From contig CP119316.1 of the NCBI GenBank assembly GCA_029202985.1, forward strand, positions 297,767 through 361,766: 64,000 nucleotides of DNA. The letters are read 5' to 3'. Positions 63,273 to 64,000 of the stretch are shown here, one piece after another (position 1 is the first letter of the stretch; the number at the start of each line of letters is the position of its first letter). The translations under genes and the position numbers were made by a program. The DNA is from Candidatus Andeanibacterium colombiense (GTDB taxonomy: Bacteria; Pseudomonadota; Alphaproteobacteria; Sphingomonadales; Sphingomonadaceae). The notes beneath the pieces are model-generated. The model had not been told where the DNA came from. It saw only the letters and a list, made by a program, of their open reading frames with translations, and made no database searches.

Positions 63273-64000
63273 TCAAATGGTCTGGCCGCCGGATATTTCG
63301 ATGCGCTGGCCGTTGACCCAGCGACTGTCGGGGCCGAGCAGGCTCGCCACCATCGGACCGATATCGTCGGGCAGGCCGACGCGGCCGAGCGCCGTCATGC
63401 CGGCGAAGGTGCTGTTATAGTCGGGGATGTCGCGAACCGCGCCGCCGAGGAAGTCGGTCTCGATCGCGCCCGGTGCGACCGTGTTGGCGGTAATGCCACG
63501 CGCGCCGAGTTCCCTCGCCATGTAGACGGTGAGGATTTCCACCGCGCCCTTGGCGGCCGAATAGGCCGAGAAGCCGGGGAATGACACGCGGGTCAGGCCC
63601 GACGAGAAATTGATGATGCGGCCGCCATCGGCCAGCATCGGCAACAGAGCCTGGGTCAGGAAGAATACTCCTTTCACGTGGACGGCGAACAAGCTGTCGA
63701 ACTGCGCTTCGGTGGTGGCGGCAAAGTCCGCCATTTCGCCGTGGCCGGCATTGTTGACGAGATGGTCGAGCGTATCCCGGCCCCAAATGGTGGTCAGTGC
63801 GCCGCGCAGCGCCTCGACGAAGGTGGGAAAGGTCGGGATCTGGCCGGTGTCGAGCCGCAACGCGACGGCCTTGCGACCAAGCGCCTCGATCTCGGCGACG
63901 ACCGCATCGGCATTGTCCTTGCCGCTACGATAGGTGAGAATCACGTCGCCGCCATGACGGGCGATGCTGATCGCGGTGTTGCGGCCGAGGCCGCGGCTGC
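63273..64000 (-). CDS. SDR family oxidoreductase (N-terminus beyond window end)
   Basis: ORF 63273..63944 continues upstream in frame to the window edge. NNAG..YSAAK..PGAIETDF motifs. Confidence 0.85.
   Translation of the reverse strand, partial: SRGLGRNTAISIARHGGDVILTYRSGKDNADAVVAEIEALGRKAVALRLDTGQIPTFPTFVEALRGALTTIWGRDTLDHLVNNAGHGEMADFAATTEAQFDSLFAVHVKGVFFLTQALLPMLADGGRIINFSSGLTRVSFPGFSAYSAAKGAVEILTVYMARELGARGITANTVAPGAIETDFLGGAVRDIPDYNSTFAGMTALGRVGLPDDIGPMVASLLGPDSRWVNGQRIEISGGQTI

Overview
The window is GC-rich (about two-thirds G+C by eye, with strong GC3 bias in real genes). It is a densely coding chromosomal segment with alphaproteobacterial gene content and synteny, most consistent with Sphingomonadaceae. 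Supporting features are the dusB-ntrBC-ntrYX-hfq-hflX block, a tandem-domain Hfq, a PdhB carrying an N-terminal lipoyl domain, trmFO and a TonB-dependent receptor. I can support about 60 protein-coding genes and one tRNA-Ser(UGA). There are also two intrinsic terminators, one textbook MerR/TipAL-type promoter and several families of short palindromic repeats (REP/BIME-like and MITE-like).

Content is mostly housekeeping:
- pyruvate dehydrogenase, split into two loci (pdhAB at 7.6-10 kb on +; pdhC-lpdA at 44-48 kb on -)
- lipA, gyrA and ispDF
- a nine-gene collinear block on the minus strand (mltB-rlpA-PBP5-tmk-holB-metG-tatD-MBL hydrolase-small membrane protein)
- rnr, proS, phaR, alr, radA and cvpA

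I see no rRNA, CRISPR array, transposase, integrase, phage genes or recognisable defence island. I did not find a convincing multi-gene novel system.

The items most worth follow-up are:
1. a fused two-domain Hfq with an N-terminal Pro/Ala/Lys-rich tail
2. a DUF559 endonuclease cassette bracketed by 40-bp direct repeats, wedged into the pdhC-lpdA cluster
3. an NYN-LOTUS predicted RNase translationally coupled to a beta-carbonic anhydrase
4. a DUF952 gene overlapping the gyrA stop
5. a tandem-MarR single-chain regulator next to a long repeat-rich intergenic region
6. an archaeal/eukaryote-type ProRS
7. an alr gene with no canonical start codon for its conserved N-terminus
8. a dispersed paired-hairpin REP family, one copy of which supplies the trmFO stop codon

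All functional calls come from my reading of the translated ORFs. No database search was run.
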